Assembly (NCBI GenBank): GCA_036172245.1
Contig: JAYWIR010000005.1
Coordinates: 992,001-1,056,000, forward strand
Direction of reading: 5' to 3'
DNA: 64,000 nt
Source: Raillietiella orientalis
Taxonomy: Eukaryota
The position numbers and the translations under genes were made by a program. The notes under the pieces were generated by a model. It was not told where the DNA came from, did not search any database, and was given only the letters and a program-made list of their open reading frames with translations. This document shows, in pieces, positions 1 through 14,100 of the stretch (the first letter of the stretch is position 1; every line of letters begins with the position of its first letter).

Positions 1-3000
1 ACGACCGAAAGGCTCTACGGAATTTTTCACGACGCCGAAACGGGAGCCATCAGGCAAATTCGTCAAACTTCGCTTTGCACTTTGGGAACGCTTCGCTTCC
101 CCTCGGGAAGGGTTTTTGGATTTCCGGTCCTCGGAGATCCGAAAGAGAGAGACGAAGAGAAAAACGGACTCTGTCCAGATCGGACGCGACCTCAGTGCGC
201 ACAAAGAGTGATGGAGGTGTTCTCGCGCAGCTTCCGCGATCCGCAGCCTCTCCCGCCGAAGTCGATCTCTGTCGACGTGGCGTCCTGTTGCGAACAAGCG
301 GGTTTGCCTCCTTGATGTTCCGAGCGCTGAACTTCTTTAAATTCTTCGTCAATCCTGTCGGCATCCATCAATCATGGAATTTAATTAGCAATCAGAGTGT
401 CCACTCCTCTCTTCCCCGTGTTCAAATCTATTAATTGTAGTTCGGCATTTCTCGGTACACCTTCCAGGTTTTCGATGATACGCTGCTGCTACTGCTGCTG
501 CTGAGCGATTTTCTCATTCTCTTTCTTCGTGCTGCTGCTATGCCGGCGAGATGATGAAACTGCCAAGTGGGAACGACACCGGTTGCCGCCTCCAGAAGAA
601 CAGTACTTTTGACGATCTCGAAAAGCAGCGAAGGACTTTATTGGACATTATCTGAGGTGTCCTGTTTGCGGCAGGATTCAGAAGAGGAAGAAAGAAAGAA
701 AAAGACTGGAAACTCGCGACACGTGTCGTGTTTCAATCCGCTTGCCATTTCGGGACGCACCGATTTGAGGGTGCGAAGTGCCGGCCCTAGGGGAACGTTT
801 ACGTCTTCCCTGATTTTCGTCGCAAATGTGCGCCGTCCTTTGTCAGACTGCGTCTGGTCAACACGGGAATTCGTTTCCGGGAACACTCTAGTGCGGGAGT
901 GGAACTGCTTCCTGCGTGTCGCCGTGTTGTCAACACGGCGACAAAAGGAGACGAATTCCGGCATATTTTGATTAGATAAGCGCTCACCGTAAGGGCCCTA
1001 CGGAACTGCAAGCTGGCTTTTCAGTTGTGGCATGCCACTGATGGTAGATAACCGACAAGTGTCGGCAGCACTGCACGTTCTGTCGCGGAAGGTTCCGAAT
1101 TCACGTATCATCCTCTTAGGGGATTTTTCTTAAACGGAATTTGACGTTTCCGATACCACCCTTGCATTTTCTCATGATGGCTATCGCGTGTGCTTCTCAG
1201 GGTCCTCAGCTGCTCATCTGGCGAATATGCGGATCAGAGCAGCAGAATGCTTTCGTGTCTCGGAGATTAAGCCCACGAGGATGATGATCGGTCAGTGCGT
1301 GACGTAGCGACGTGGCAATAGGAATTACTTTTAAGAGGTGGCGAAAGCTGTTTCAGATGCGGAGAATGGAAAGATTCGAACATCCATCCAAAAGGGAACG
1401 CAAGCATGGGCTCCAAGAAAAGCGTGCTTGAAATCGAGCCTGAGGGAAAGCTCTTGGACGACGCTTATCGTCTCGAAATCTCGCGTAGGAATATTCATGA
1501 AGTGTCCCGTGAACTTTAGTGTCAGGCAGCACAGACTCACCTGAACTTTTGCCGAAAGCCCGGAAATGCTAGTGAAGACAAGACTTACGGATGCCTATGG
1601 GTATACCACAACAACAAAAAACATTTCCGATGATAGATACTATCTGTTAAGAGCCTTTGTCCAGCTGTCAGGGGGGGGAGCTACATAAACTGCTTTTTTC
1701 TATATATATATTTTTTTTCCAGCACGATTATCAATAACACGTAGAACATTGAAACATGCTTCTAAGACGAACGCGCGCTGCTACCAAAATCTTTCAACTC
1801 TTGCAATATTGCTACCAAAAATAAGCATGAGATCCGGGTTCAAAAACTGGAAGCTGCTTCAGAGATTCCTCTCTGTGCTGGGAGAGAAAATTTTCTTAAC
1901 TACCACCGTTCGGAACCTGAGATTAGGTGGCTCAAAAGCTATGGCAAGAGTATCGCGATGTCGCAATCATCTCGGAGTCTCATAAGATGGAAAGTGTCCG
2001 GAAGCGTTTTTCGAATAGGAGACGATCTGTCTGAGGCGAGCAGATTCCTCGCTTTGCATCTTTGGAAAGCGGTCGGGCACAGTTTTGCCAACGACCATCA
2101 GAGTTCGCTTCGCAGGGGCTCACGGGGAAAGGCCGTGCTGGACGGCGTGTGCCTGCTGCCAGCAGTAGGGAAATCTGAAAGTCGCCATTCCCGTTCGGCG
2201 ACGAGGTTTTCTCTCTTTTCATTCCGTTTGCCTCTCCGCGCTGTGCGAAGACGAGAAACGGGTCCCGCTCGCTCTGGCTGTCTCTCCCGGACGTCATCAT
2301 GGCCGCTCTCCAAAGGGCTTCATAGAAAATTAAGCTTTCTCTCGCTTTGTGTGAGCTGAGCAGAGAGGGGGGAGAGCGGACTGCTAGACTCGTGATTTTC
2401 GAGACCGAAGAGGAATGATGGGAGGGTAATAAATATCATCCTTTGATGGATTGTTTCGAATCGAGATGATTGCATCCCTGCCAGCTCTCGCTGGTTCCTT
2501 CTGTTCCAAATGCAACTGTTGCGTGGGTTTTCACTGCGGCTCCAATTACGATGCCCACGCAGAAGCTTCAGAAGACAATGGGGCATCTTGCGAAAGCCGT
2601 GTCTCCGGGCTACCAGAAAATCCAAGATGGAACCGGCGAAGTTCAGTCAAGCAAAGTCGGATGGGTGATGGCAAGCGGCTCGTCCCATGGATGCAGAAGA
2701 ACGAGAAACGAGACCTCGCGCGCGTGCGCGCTCTCTGGGCGGGCTGTTGGGTTGCAGGAAAGCCCTTGTTTGCCTCCTCTAAATTTGGGTCCGGGAATCA
2801 TTTTCGTTCTCCTCCGCGGTTCCTTTGAAGCTTTCCACAGCATCTCGACGTCTTTTCCGCTCTATTGCGCACGAACGCGGGGATTTATGGATCCCGGAAC
2901 GCTCATGATTCATGACCGGTTCATCCGTGCCCAATTTCAAAACCAGCCGCTCTTGCGAGAGAGATGTCGCTCCGTCAAATCAGGATGCTCCGCTTTCGCG

Positions 3001-4262
3001 ATAGCCACTTTTCAAGAGGCACCCATTTCCCCTTCGCTCCCCAAGCAGCTCTGCACTGATTCGGTGAGAGGGCTGGACCCCAGTTTCGCCTGTCCGCAAA
3101 GCTCCCTGCATTGGCAGCAGCGAGCCGGTCAGTCTTGGACCCATTTTCGAGAGCAGCTTGTAACACTTCATTTCCAAAGAACCGATGTCCATCATTCTTT
3201 TCTTTTTTTTTTCTTAACAGCAGCAGCAGCAGCAGAGGCTGCTTTCTTGATTCTGCTCCGAATGCGCGATTGGTTCTTGCTCGCAATGAAACAACAAAGC
3301 CCTAGAGACGATCATCTGCTTTGTCGCTCCCATTCGCTCATCGTCCTGGTGCCCTGGCAATGCGCAGGCGAGGCCTCTGAAGATCATCCCTGCACGCTCC
3401 CACGCAGCCACTTCAGGCTGGCACGGGAATGGGCCCCTCTGGTCTTCGATCCAGCGTTTTCTCGAACTTGAGGAATGAGCATGAACTCCCCTCGAGGCAT
3501 TTTTCCCACTGGGTCGAACTTTCCAGCACCCGCGCTCGAAGCCCTAAGTGCGGGTGCTGGAATCGGGGGTCCAAGAAGAAGCAGCATCCCCAGAGTGCTA
3601 AGAGCTGTGCACAGTCTCGAGGTCATCGTCGGTCAGTTTCGAAGCGAACGACGCGATGCAGCACCACCAAGTGGTGCGACCGAGCAGTAGGTGGTGGAGC
3701 CTGGGGTCTGCGTGTGAACCCCAGAGGTGCGAGAAACGGAATCGTCCATCTTCACGCGAAAAGTGGGGCAAACAGCCGAGGGAACCGAGGTGCGCGACCA
3801 CGGAAGGCGAAGAGCTGAAGAAGTTCTTAGGAGTTCTGGAGAACGACTAGCGACCACGGCACGATGCGACTTGCTGACAGAAGCCGGGGGATTGAGGGAG
3901 CAGGAGGTTGTCGATGAAGTCATCCCTCCTTCCCTTTCCTTCCACCCCTCCTCTTCCCAGCCTCCTCCTCCCTCCCCGACGTCGGGGTGAACTTCTGTGA
4001 GCATCGTGCCGCTCCCTTCCAAGCCAACTCCAGCAGCCCCGGAGAGCTGTCCGCCGGTGCTTGTGGCGCGGTGGCGGTGCACTCCTCGTCTAGAGCCGAA
4101 TCCCCTCGACCGTTGCAGGATATAGAAAGTCACCGCAGCTTCGATGGCTGTCAGCTTCCCTTCCAGGTCTCCATTCAGCCTCCTAGGTTTGACCCCGAAG
4201 AGGCCGGTACCCCACTTTCGCTGCCTTCTCCTTAAAGGGAGGGCAGGGTGGTGACCAGGGGT

Positions 4263-4276
4263 GTTTCCTAGGAGAC
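4263..4276. promoter_or_regulatory. Candidate RFX X-box (GTTTCCTAGGAGAC) about 840 bp upstream of the CFAP74 ATG
   Basis: Near-palindromic 14-mer resembling the RFX X-box, upstream of a ciliary gene. A CRE palindrome TGACGTCA lies nearby at 4467-4474. Motif match only. Confidence 0.4.
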
Positions 4277-5117
4277 TCGCAGGGACCGCCTGAGGACCGC
4301 GAGAGAAGCGCGACCCTGCGACGTCTACTCTGGTGGGTTCGTCTCCCTGCAGTCTTTCCCCTCCCGCCTGTCTAGCAGTAGCGAGGAAGGAAGCGAGGAA
4401 GCTTTTCCTCCTCCTCGAACAGGCTTGCAGTCCCTTTCGTTTCCTCGGAAACCCCGAAAGGGGTTGTGACGTCACCTGCCTGCCTGGCGCGTCGTTCCCG
4501 GCGGGAGGATCCACGGACATTCGCGAATCCCAGTGTGCCCTTTTCTTCCCCCTCGCCAAGACTCTGCGGCACGAGCGGAGAGAAATCTCGAGCGCACCCT
4601 CTCCTCGCTTGCCGGCTCCCTTCCGCATCCGGAGGCTGCCGGGACCGCTCCGACACCGGATGCCTCGAGGAAACGCTCACGTCTTCGACCGAAGGACGGT
4701 GCATCCGGCAGAGAGGCTGTTGCTGAACGGAACGAGATACAGGGGGTCCCCTGGCTCCTGCAGTTGCGGCGTGGGGTCGTCCTCGCTCCTCCCCCTCCTC
4801 CCGGAAGCAGCGAACGCGTCGGAGGCCTTGTGGTTAAGGCTTCCGTGCGTGGCACTATGCGTCGCGGGTTCCAATACTCCGGCAGAAACTGACGCCACTG
4901 AGTCGTTGGGTTCCGAGTTTCTAGTGCAATGGCGCTGGTTGGCCGAGACATTCGGGCGTGGCACCGGCGGTGGATTAAGCCGGGATGCCCCTGATGAAGG
5001 CCGGAACAATGGGAGTCGACCTTCGGGTCCTTCCAGGAATCAAGGAGTGGGGAGTTCCCCCTCCGGTCGTACAACGGAGAGCGGACCCCCCTCACCGGGG
5101 GACCCCCCTGTTTCAAC

Positions 5118-8100
5118 ATGGAGCAGGAGCCCTCACGGGCACCTCTCCAGTTGTTCAAAGAAGCGGACCCCCCTGTTGTTGGAGAACCTCCGAGTCTCCG
5201 CCTCTTCGAGAGTGCAAGGAAGCAGCGAACCGCGGCCGAAACGCGCAGCGGCAACGCCTCGCGCTTCCGCCTGCCCTACGCGTTGCCGCTTTGCGTTGTG
5301 ACGACCACATTTCGCTCCCTTGTGCCTGCGGGACAAGGGGAAGGAGAGAAGGAGGTCGATCGGTCTCCGCTTACCATTCGCTTTCCGCCCAGAGACAAGG
5401 AGGATGTGGCGGCCCTTCCCCACAGGAACGTCCTGCTCTTCTCCGAGGAACCACCGATGACAGCGCCCCTTGGCGCAGGAGGAGCGCGACCCCCCGGCCG
5501 GGAGTCCGGGGGCGGAGTCCCCACCGGGGGAACAGCGAAACTCCCCGCCGCGCCGACGGCCGACGACATCGTCCGAGGCAGCATGAGGAGGATGCGCGAG
5601 GAAAAAAGGCGGGAAGCTGCGGAGGAAGAAAGGAAGGCGCGCGAGAGGATCGAGAAGGTGCTACAGCTGAAGCTGTCGATCGAGCGAGGCAGGGAAGCGG
5701 CTGGCGGCGGTCAATCGGAGGCTGCCTCGCGCCCCAAGTCGCCGCCGCCTCGGGTCACCTCTGCTGTTCCGCTCCACAGGAACCGCGCGCTGCACGAGGC
5801 TAACAAGAGGAGACTGCTGCGCAAGATGGGGAGGGCCAAAGCGGATGCCCTGCGGAAGATCATGGAGGAGGAGGAGGAAGAGGAGGGAGCGCAGAGGGGA
5901 AGAGTCAGGACCTGGCGCTCCAAGAAAAAGCCCTCTCACCTTTCGAAGAGGGGGTCCGGGAGGACCAGGGTCGACCGCTTCTACCACGCTGCTGAGGTCT
6001 GTCTCAGAAACCGCCCGGGCTCCGGGGTGGAGGCTGCCGCTGCTCCCAAGCGGACGTCTCCCGCCTCCGACGGCGTCGACGGTCGATCGACTCCGAGCAA
6101 CCGCGCGGAGCCCGTAACGGCGGCGACCTGCGAGGAGGACGAAACCACCTCCGTGGGCAGCGGCGTCGGTCCCCCCCTACCGGAGCAGGAAGCAGCCCTC
6201 GTCGCCCTCTCGCCCTCCGCCTCTGGAGACGGCGAGAGCACGGAAGGACCCCCCCGCGAGGTCGCTGAAGATACGTTGCTGCTGCAGGAGACCTACGAAG
6301 GAAGCACGGGAAGAGGAAAGGAGCGTCCTGGTGCGAAGGCCGGGCTGCTGGTGGTTCCCAGGCCGGAAAAGATCGTCTTCCAGGTTCGTTCCTGACTCAT
6401 CTGTCGGCGCCCCGGCAACCGTGTGGACGGTCTCGGCACTCAGCCACGCGCGCCATCGACGGAGATGGCAGCGTTGCAGAGACGCTCCACCAGCCGGCAT
6501 CAGCTCAGTTTCTAGAGCAGCGTGGGGTGCGCAGCGTCGGCGTCCCGCGAGCCCTTGGGAGCTTGCCTGCAGGGCGCAGAGGGATCCGGGGCGCTCCTTC
6601 GGGTTCCGCTAGACGGCGGCAGTAGCAGCCTACCGGTCTCTCTCGTCTGCCCCGGAGCCTCTGCTCGAGCGTGTCAAGCGGATCATGGTGCGCGCCGCCG
6701 CCACATCCACCGGAGGTCCCACCTCGTCCCCCGCGGCACGCATCCACTCCGCTCCCGCTCCCCATCCGGATGCCGGATCTCCCGACGAGCCTTGAGCCCA
6801 GTACCTTCCGCCCTTTTTTTTGCTTTGGGTTGCAGCGGCATGCGCCCATCGTTGGTGCCGCCGGCCGCGCAGGTGAACGCAGGTTCCTCTCGAGATCAGG
6901 CGCTCCCTTCACCAGGAAGGCTTCCCCGGGCAGCTACCGAACAGAACGGATTCCGAACGAGCCGAAATTTGGTCCCCTCCTCCACGCACGCGCGCGCCTC
7001 TCGACCCCTTTCGTTTCTGCATAGCTGGATCGCCCCATCTCTTATTGACGTCGACCTCTGTTTGCCAGAAGCGCGTTCGTCTGCATGGCGGTCACCTGGA
7101 CAGGAAGAAGTTCCCGTAAGCTCACGGCTCTTCTCTTTCCTTCTTTTTATCGTTTTCCCCCCTCGCGCGCGCGCCCCGGCACGTGCTCGCCGGAGGCACT
7201 CGCCGTGTGCTTCGACCCGTGGGATGTCCGGCAGGCTGAGTTGCCTCAGCAGCGAGTAGCCAACTTCTTCCTCTACCCTCCAGGTTCCCACGGGAACGAT
7301 CGCGTTCCCTGCCGACACAGCGCTCGACGAGTCCCAGTGCACCACGAACGGTAGGGAAGGCACACGACGGTGCTGCCGTCCTTCGGTGAGCGGCCAAACG
7401 CCGACATCTGCCCGTGCCCCCGCCGACATCAGCGAGAAGGACTCGGCTCCTGGACTCGCACCTGTCTGGCGACCGCCCGGCTTGTCAGGCGCACTGCCAG
7501 CATCAGCCGTGTCTCATTCAGCAGTGGGCGGCGCGAGCGCCGACTCCCGCGAAGAGTATCCCTCCCGGCTCGCTCGCTCCGTGCTTTTTCCATCCACCTT
7601 GGCAACGCAGGAAGCACGGAGCTGGCCTCCCTGACCCCGCTTTACCAGGGGCGGGTACGCGCTTGTCCGCACGGCAGTCACTTGGACTGGAAGTTTCCCC
7701 GAACTCATGGCTCTCCTCTTTCTTCTTCCTTTTATCGGTTTTCCCTCTCTCGCGACCAACTCACCGGTCCCTGATCACCTCTCTGGCTATTCCAGGCAAT
7801 GGTCCGCCTGACCTGCCGCTCCTCTCCGACGAGAGCACTTCGGCGATGATCGGACGAGAACAGCCTCTCTCTGGGCCACTCTGGCCCTGCTGCTGCGGGC
7901 ACAACAGCGCGGAGGGAGGAGGCAAAAGGAGCACTTGGTCCTGGGACCCCCGAGGTCCGAGGACTGCCTCCTGCGCAGCTTCCTTTTTCCTCGAATCCGG
8001 GAACACTCCACTTCCGGGATGCTTCGAAATACCCACTTCCTCCTCCGCCTCTTCCCTTTCTCCTCTTCTTCCCTTCCTCCTCTCCTTCCTCCTCCTTTTC

Positions 8101-11100
8101 CTCCCTCCCCTCCAACCCTGCGCGTTGCTACTGCAGCCATCCCCACCTCTTTGGCTCCTTTCCGACGCTCGTGGCGAGAAGGCGCGTGGACGGAGAGGAA
8201 CGGAAGGTTCGTCGTGGTCCGTCGCCGTAACGACGACCAGCTGCCAGCAGAACCTTCGTGCCGGCTGCTACAGCGGCGATTTGCTGCAGAGAGCCGCCCG
8301 GCTTCCCGTCCCGTTCTCCAGGTCCCCAACCCCGTCTTCCCATCCATAGCTTGCGGGCTGGTTCCGCGAACCTGCCGCGCTCCCTGCTCCTCCATCGCGA
8401 GACTCCCAACTGTGCGGAGCGAGAGAGATGCCTTCCCTTGTCCCTTAAGTCCCGTCGTCATCGAGCGGCACCTTTCGTTCTTGCAGCGGGGACGAGCGAA
8501 AGGAGGGCTGAAACATAGGGCCCGAGCGGGCGGCAGGGACTGCTAAGGATAGAGCAGGAGGCTCTGAGCGCTCCTCTCCAAGGGCAGACGAGGGACGTGC
8601 TCGGACTCCCGAAAAGTGAAAGGAGGGGGATCCAGGTGGTGTCTTCTCCCCCTTCGCTCCCCCTTCTTCTCTTTCCCTCTCTCCTCCCCCGCGGTCCCCT
8701 CCCGGCCCCGCCCCTTTCTCCCCTTCTTCATCTGGGCTCTTCGGGAGCTCCTGCTGAGCCGATCGGTCTCCCTCGCGCTCGAGCGACGCAACCGCTATGC
8801 GTCCGAAAGTCCTGGAGGCCCGTCCGCCGGTTCGCAGGCCACCACCGTCCGAAGCGGGCGCATGCGACTAGGTCGCCTCGCGGCGCAGCCCAGGGGACGC
8901 GCGCCGCCGCCGCCCCGTGCTCCCTCGTGCGAACACCTCGCCTTACGAGGTGCACGCGCGCAGAACATCCTGGGTGCTGGCGGACGCGCGGACGGCAGGT
9001 AGGGACTGGCGCGGTCCGCAGGGAAGAAGAGGGGGGAGAGGGCTGAGGCACCCTCTGAGTCTGCATCGCCGCTACTACCGCCCCCCAAAAGCGTCCTTAC
9101 TGAGAGGTGATCGCTTGAAGGAGGGAGGGAGCGACCGCTGCTAGCGCATCACCTGCGGCGCCCACGAGGCAGCTCTTCGCCCTCTCCTCCGTTTCCATGA
9201 GCTCCTCAGGGTCTCCGATCGACGAGGGCGCAGTGCTTACTCCTTTTCTTACTGCCCCCATGGTCTCTGCGGCCGCACTTCAGGGCGGTGGGGCCGGAGT
9301 GGAGCGCCACCGAGGACACCGCCAAGCTCCATGTCGGATTGGAGGGTGCGAACGGGAGCTCTCCAGCCGGACAAGCGGCCGTCGCGTGGCAGCACCGCTG
9401 CTGCTGCTACTCCTGTCATCCTCGTTCGAAGCGGTGGGGGGGCAAGAGGGGGAAGACTCGAGACCATTACCCCCTCCCCCCATCCCGCTTCCTCCGTGAG
9501 AGCGGACGTCCTGTCAGCATACCCAGTCGCCCGAAACTTTTACTCCCTTCCCCTTCCTACTTTCAGAACTTCGAACCCCACAGGACCTACAGGCAGAAGG
9601 TGCACCTGTTCAACGTGTCCCGGCAGAAGGTCGCATGCCGCTTCCGGAGGGTCATGCCTCTTGGAGACGACTGCTCCCCGGCCGCGGAGGCAGCGCTGAG
9701 GACCGCGGTCTCTGTAACGCCGGTCTCCGGGTCGCGCGTGAGCCCCGGGATGTCCTGCACGGCCGTCGTTCTCTTCCGGCCCGTGGAGCAGGACGAGCTC
9801 CAGGGGCTTCTGGCCTTCGAGACCGGAGGGATCCCTCTGCACGTCCCCTTCTCCTGCTTGCCGAAGAGGACGGACGTTAGGGTGGACGCCGCGGAGATCC
9901 TATTCGGCGCTGCACTCCTAGGCGAGAAGCTGCGCAGGGCCCTGGTCGTCAGGAACCTGGGAGATGACGAGGCGCTCGTGTGCCTGATGCTGCAGACCCC
10001 CGCCGGGAAAGAGTGCAGCGACATCGCACCGGCAGCAGCGACGGAGGTCTGGACTTCCTGCCCCGTTGAGGAGGCTGTGATGGAGACCCTGCGCGACCTC
10101 GTCAGCGCCGTCGAGGGAGGTAGGGACAGCTGCGATGGTGAGACGAAACGTGCCGCCTCGAGCCGATACGCCCCCGGAGCTCCCACTGCAGGGACCGGCC
10201 CGTTCTCCATCTCTGGAAGGAAGACCCATCTCCTGGGGCCGCACAGCAGAGTGGCGATCGGTATCCAGTTCTTCCCCGCGATGCTCGGTATCTTCCAGGA
10301 AGAACTCGTCCTTCGGGTCCTGGGTATGAAGAGACCGGTAAGTCTAGGAACGGAAATGTCCCCTCTTCCTCCCTGGAAACCGCGCGCACTTTTCCACTGG
10401 AGGCTTCCTCCTTCCCTCCTACTCTTGTTTGCTTCCCCTCCTCCTCCCTTCCTCTCTTTCTTCCCTTCCTCCTTCTCCCCTTCCTTCCTCCTCCTCCTCC
10501 TCCCTTCCTCTTTCTCTCTCCAAACTCTTTCTCCTTCCTTGCTTCCTCCTCTTCTACTCTTCCTTCTTCTCCCCTCTTCCGCTTCTTCCGTTTCCTCTTC
10601 CTCCTCCCTTCCTTCTCTTCCTTCCTTCCTCTTATTCCTCCTCTTGTTTCCTTTTTCCTCCTCCCTCCTCTCCACGCACCATCCTTGCGGCTATACACAC
10701 TCCCTCCGGGGCCCGTGGAGGGGCAGCGCGCAGGCTTCCGGACGGCAAGGTCCGTTGCACCGATGACTCCTCGTTCCCGCCTCTGCAGATCCTGGTGGTC
10801 CTCTCTGGCGAGTGCCTCGAAGAGCTAGTAGCGGTGTCACCCTCGTCGGTCTACTTCGGCATCTGCCTCTTCGGCAGGGAGTACTGCGACAAAGTGGAGC
10901 TGAAGAACAACAGCAGCAAGCTTCTCAGGGTCAGCTTGAAAATACCGCGGGCCGGCCGAGAAGTCGTGTCGGCCAGTCCCGAGCCCTGGGTGCTTCGCAG
11001 GAAGGAATCGGAAACCGTTTACTTCGGTTTCCACCCAAGGTTCGAGGAGCGGCGCGCGCGCTCCCCGTGGCAACGCGGGGTCGTCGGGTGTCCGCAGGTT

Positions 11101-14100
11101 CCTTGTCCCCCGATGCAGACGAACGCATTTGCGCACGCGCACACTTTGCCATCCACGAGGAACTGCAGCCATGCGCCTGGCGGTCCCTGGGCACGAAGGC
11201 CAAGGGACGAGGAAGGAGGGGGGAAGAGTCTATGCTCTCCAAGTGTCTCCCTTCTCGCTGCGGAACGTCCTCGCTGCGTGCTGGGCTGGTCCTGTGGCCT
11301 TCGTGGAACCCCCCCTCCTGGTGGGCCAACTGACTGATCTCTTGACTGAGGGTGCAGGGACGCTTCTCCCTGCTTTGCTCCGCCTCAGTTTTCCCAGCAG
11401 TCGCGCAACCGGTCTCCAGGCGCGTGCTCCTACTTCGCTTCCTGAATCGCGGGGAAGGCGCGCAAGGGAGGGGGTGGGTCGGGGAGGGAAGGTGGGAGCT
11501 CATGCCCTTCTGGGAGGGCAGGGGCGAAGAGAGAAACTGCAGGCCCCTCCGCGGCAGCATTGCAGAGCTCCCGCAGTGGGTCGACACGAGGCCAAGGAGG
11601 GACCGGGGAGGTGGGAGTCCGCAGGTGACCTCCCTCGCTGGTCCGACCCCGGACTGCATGCTCACCGAGAGAGCGGCCGGGGGCGCGCGCGTGGCAGGGA
11701 GGAGGCGGGTGAAACACCCTGGGATTCCGGATCCCGCGGACGCGCCGCCTACAGACCCCCACGAGGGGCCTCTCTCCTTCCGAGTGCACCCGGCTGAGCG
11801 CAGCGGCCTCCCGCCTCCGCACGTTCGTTCCCCACGCTCCCGGTCGCAACCGGTAAGGTAAGGTCCAGGAGAACTTAGGACTGCTCGCTAAGCAGCCTCG
11901 GTGAAAAGCTGGGATATTTGGAGAATCCTCTCCCAGATTCGCGAGGCAAAGGGCCCAGAGGAAGAGGAAGACAGGGAGGGAAGATGAGCCGGGAAGCGCG
12001 CGCGCAGGTGGTGGCGCGGGCACGACGGAGACGCGGCGCCGTGGGCGCTTCCTGGAGAGCGGCGGTTGATGAGGGCGGAGGAGCGCACAGGCCCCGGACT
12101 CTCCCGATGGCGGCCCTCAAGGGTCAGGCGCACGAATCCCCGGAGACAGGATCTTCCGCTTCCTTCAGGGGTCGCCGGAAGCGCCGCCTCAAAGGAGACG
12201 GGGGTGCCCCGCCGCTTCGCGTTCGGGCCGCGCTCTTGCTTGGGAAGCAGCTGGAGGCGCGGTCCGTCCGCGAGGGATCGAGTGTGGTACGAACGCCGCC
12301 GCGGGCAAGCGGCGCGAGAGACGGCGGAGGCAGAGGGAAAGGCACCGCCGCCACGTTCGACCCAGGGAGAAGGGGTTGGAAGGAGAGGGTGCTGAGAGAC
12401 GCCGACAGTCACCCCGCCCTCTCCTCCCATGAAATCCTTTCGCAACAGCTCCAGATCGACCGGCAGGACCTCCCTCGGAGGAGGAGGACGGGATGGGAGT
12501 GCTGCGCGCACTCTCGACCGGAGCCGTCTGGGAGGCTGTCGAGGCCCTGTGCCGTTCTTCCAGCCTTCCCGGAGGCGGCGCTCGTCTGGGAGAGCCGCCT
12601 GCCCACTCCCGGGGAGTCCGGAGGCAACCCGAGAGACGCCGCCGGCATATCTTCCTGCGGAGCCTCCAGGAGGCGAGCTAGCGTTCCCCTGTGCGAATGG
12701 TCCGCGCGAGCTTCGGCTCACAACGCGCCGCCCGCCTTGCGCCCAGCAGCGACCCGGACTCAGGTCCTTCCATCGCGTCCAAGGCCCCCTCGTTACAGGC
12801 GAGAGTCGCTCGAGGCCAACGAGTGCTTCGACCAGACCCTGGGTGTGTTCAGCATGCCCGTGGAGCTCGTGGTGGACCAGCACCCGTTCCAGAAGACCGT
12901 CCACCTGGAAGCGGTGGTATCCTCAGCTGACGTGACCTTCGAGCCGAAGGTCCTCGATTTCGGAGACTGCACCGTCTACGAGTCTCTGAGGCTCGAGCTG
13001 CGGGTCTCCAACGAGGCTCTGGTGGAGCAGGAGTGCGGGTTCGTGGACGTTCCCGAGGTAACGGGCGATAGGGTAGACTGGGTACGTCCCGCTCCAATTT
13101 CCCCTCCCTCCCCCCCACCCCGCAGTCGGTCTCCATAGAGCCGAACGAAGGGTTCTTTCGCCTACTGCCGAAGGAGACCCTGGTGCTGGAGTGCCTCTTC
13201 AACCCCACCGCTGAAGGCCATCAGGAATACGTCCTCCGGTGCAGGACGCTGCTGTGCCAAATCTACAAGCTGCTCCTGCGCGCCCACGCTCATCGCCCGC
13301 TCCTCAGTCTGAGCCACCAGTGGCTGTCCTTCCCTGCGACCCCACCGTCCCACGAATCGGCCTTGGCCTTCAGCGTCCGGTCCGAGCAGGACGCAGCCAG
13401 CTACCACTTCCTCACAGCGGAGGCTGCGCCTGTCAAGTTCTTTCCGCAGTTCGGTTGCCTGAAACCTGGAGAGGTAGAACCTTCGGGAATGTTCCCGTCG
13501 GGATGGGAGCGGGTGGGCCGGCGGCGGCGGAGGCAAGGAGGATGAGGAGGGAGAGGGTGGATGGGGCGACCCCGAGGTCGCGGACGCGCGGCGAGGTGGT
13601 AAACAGCAACTTCGTTCCCATCCCACCACCACCCTCCCTGCAACACGAAGTCTCCCCGCGCCCATCCCCTTTGGTCGCGGCTCGCGCGGAAGAGGGAAGT
13701 GGGCTACCTGAAATTCTTTCCGGCCCGCAGCTAAAGAGCGGTGAGTTCGCTCCCGAAGATGGCGGAAGCGAGGAGGAAATACGGCGGCTGCCGCTCATGC
13801 CGGTCAACTGGAAGCGGCGGAGCTCTCTCATCCGCCCGAACCTTTTGGGGGGGGGGGAGGCAAAAAAGGAAGCCCCACCACCAGAGCAGCTGGTGGCGCG
13901 CACGCGTCGGAAAACATACCAGCAGCTTGAACCTCCTCCGAAAGCCATGTGGATCGACTCTTTTAGTGCCCGCTGGCTGCCACCACCCGCCACCCCCGAT
14001 GCTCGCGTGAATTTGGGTCGGGTCCTGCAGCTGGCTGTTGCCGGCCGCGAGAGAGAAGAGGCGAATTCCCCCCTCCTCCTCGGAAACTCCCTGGAGACGG

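Noticed and set aside
1..3500. Possible minus-strand spliced gene (donor-like sites near 987, 1540 and 1587) and the 333-aa + ORF at 2470-3471
   Set aside because: I could not build a consistent model or recognise a protein; unresolved rather than disproved.
10102..10698. Glu/Arg/Lys-rich or Leu/Ser/Pro-rich ORF segments resembling coiled-coil or membrane proteins (also near 49270-49500 and 51450-51600)
   Set aside because: They are translations of the polypurine/polypyrimidine tracts.
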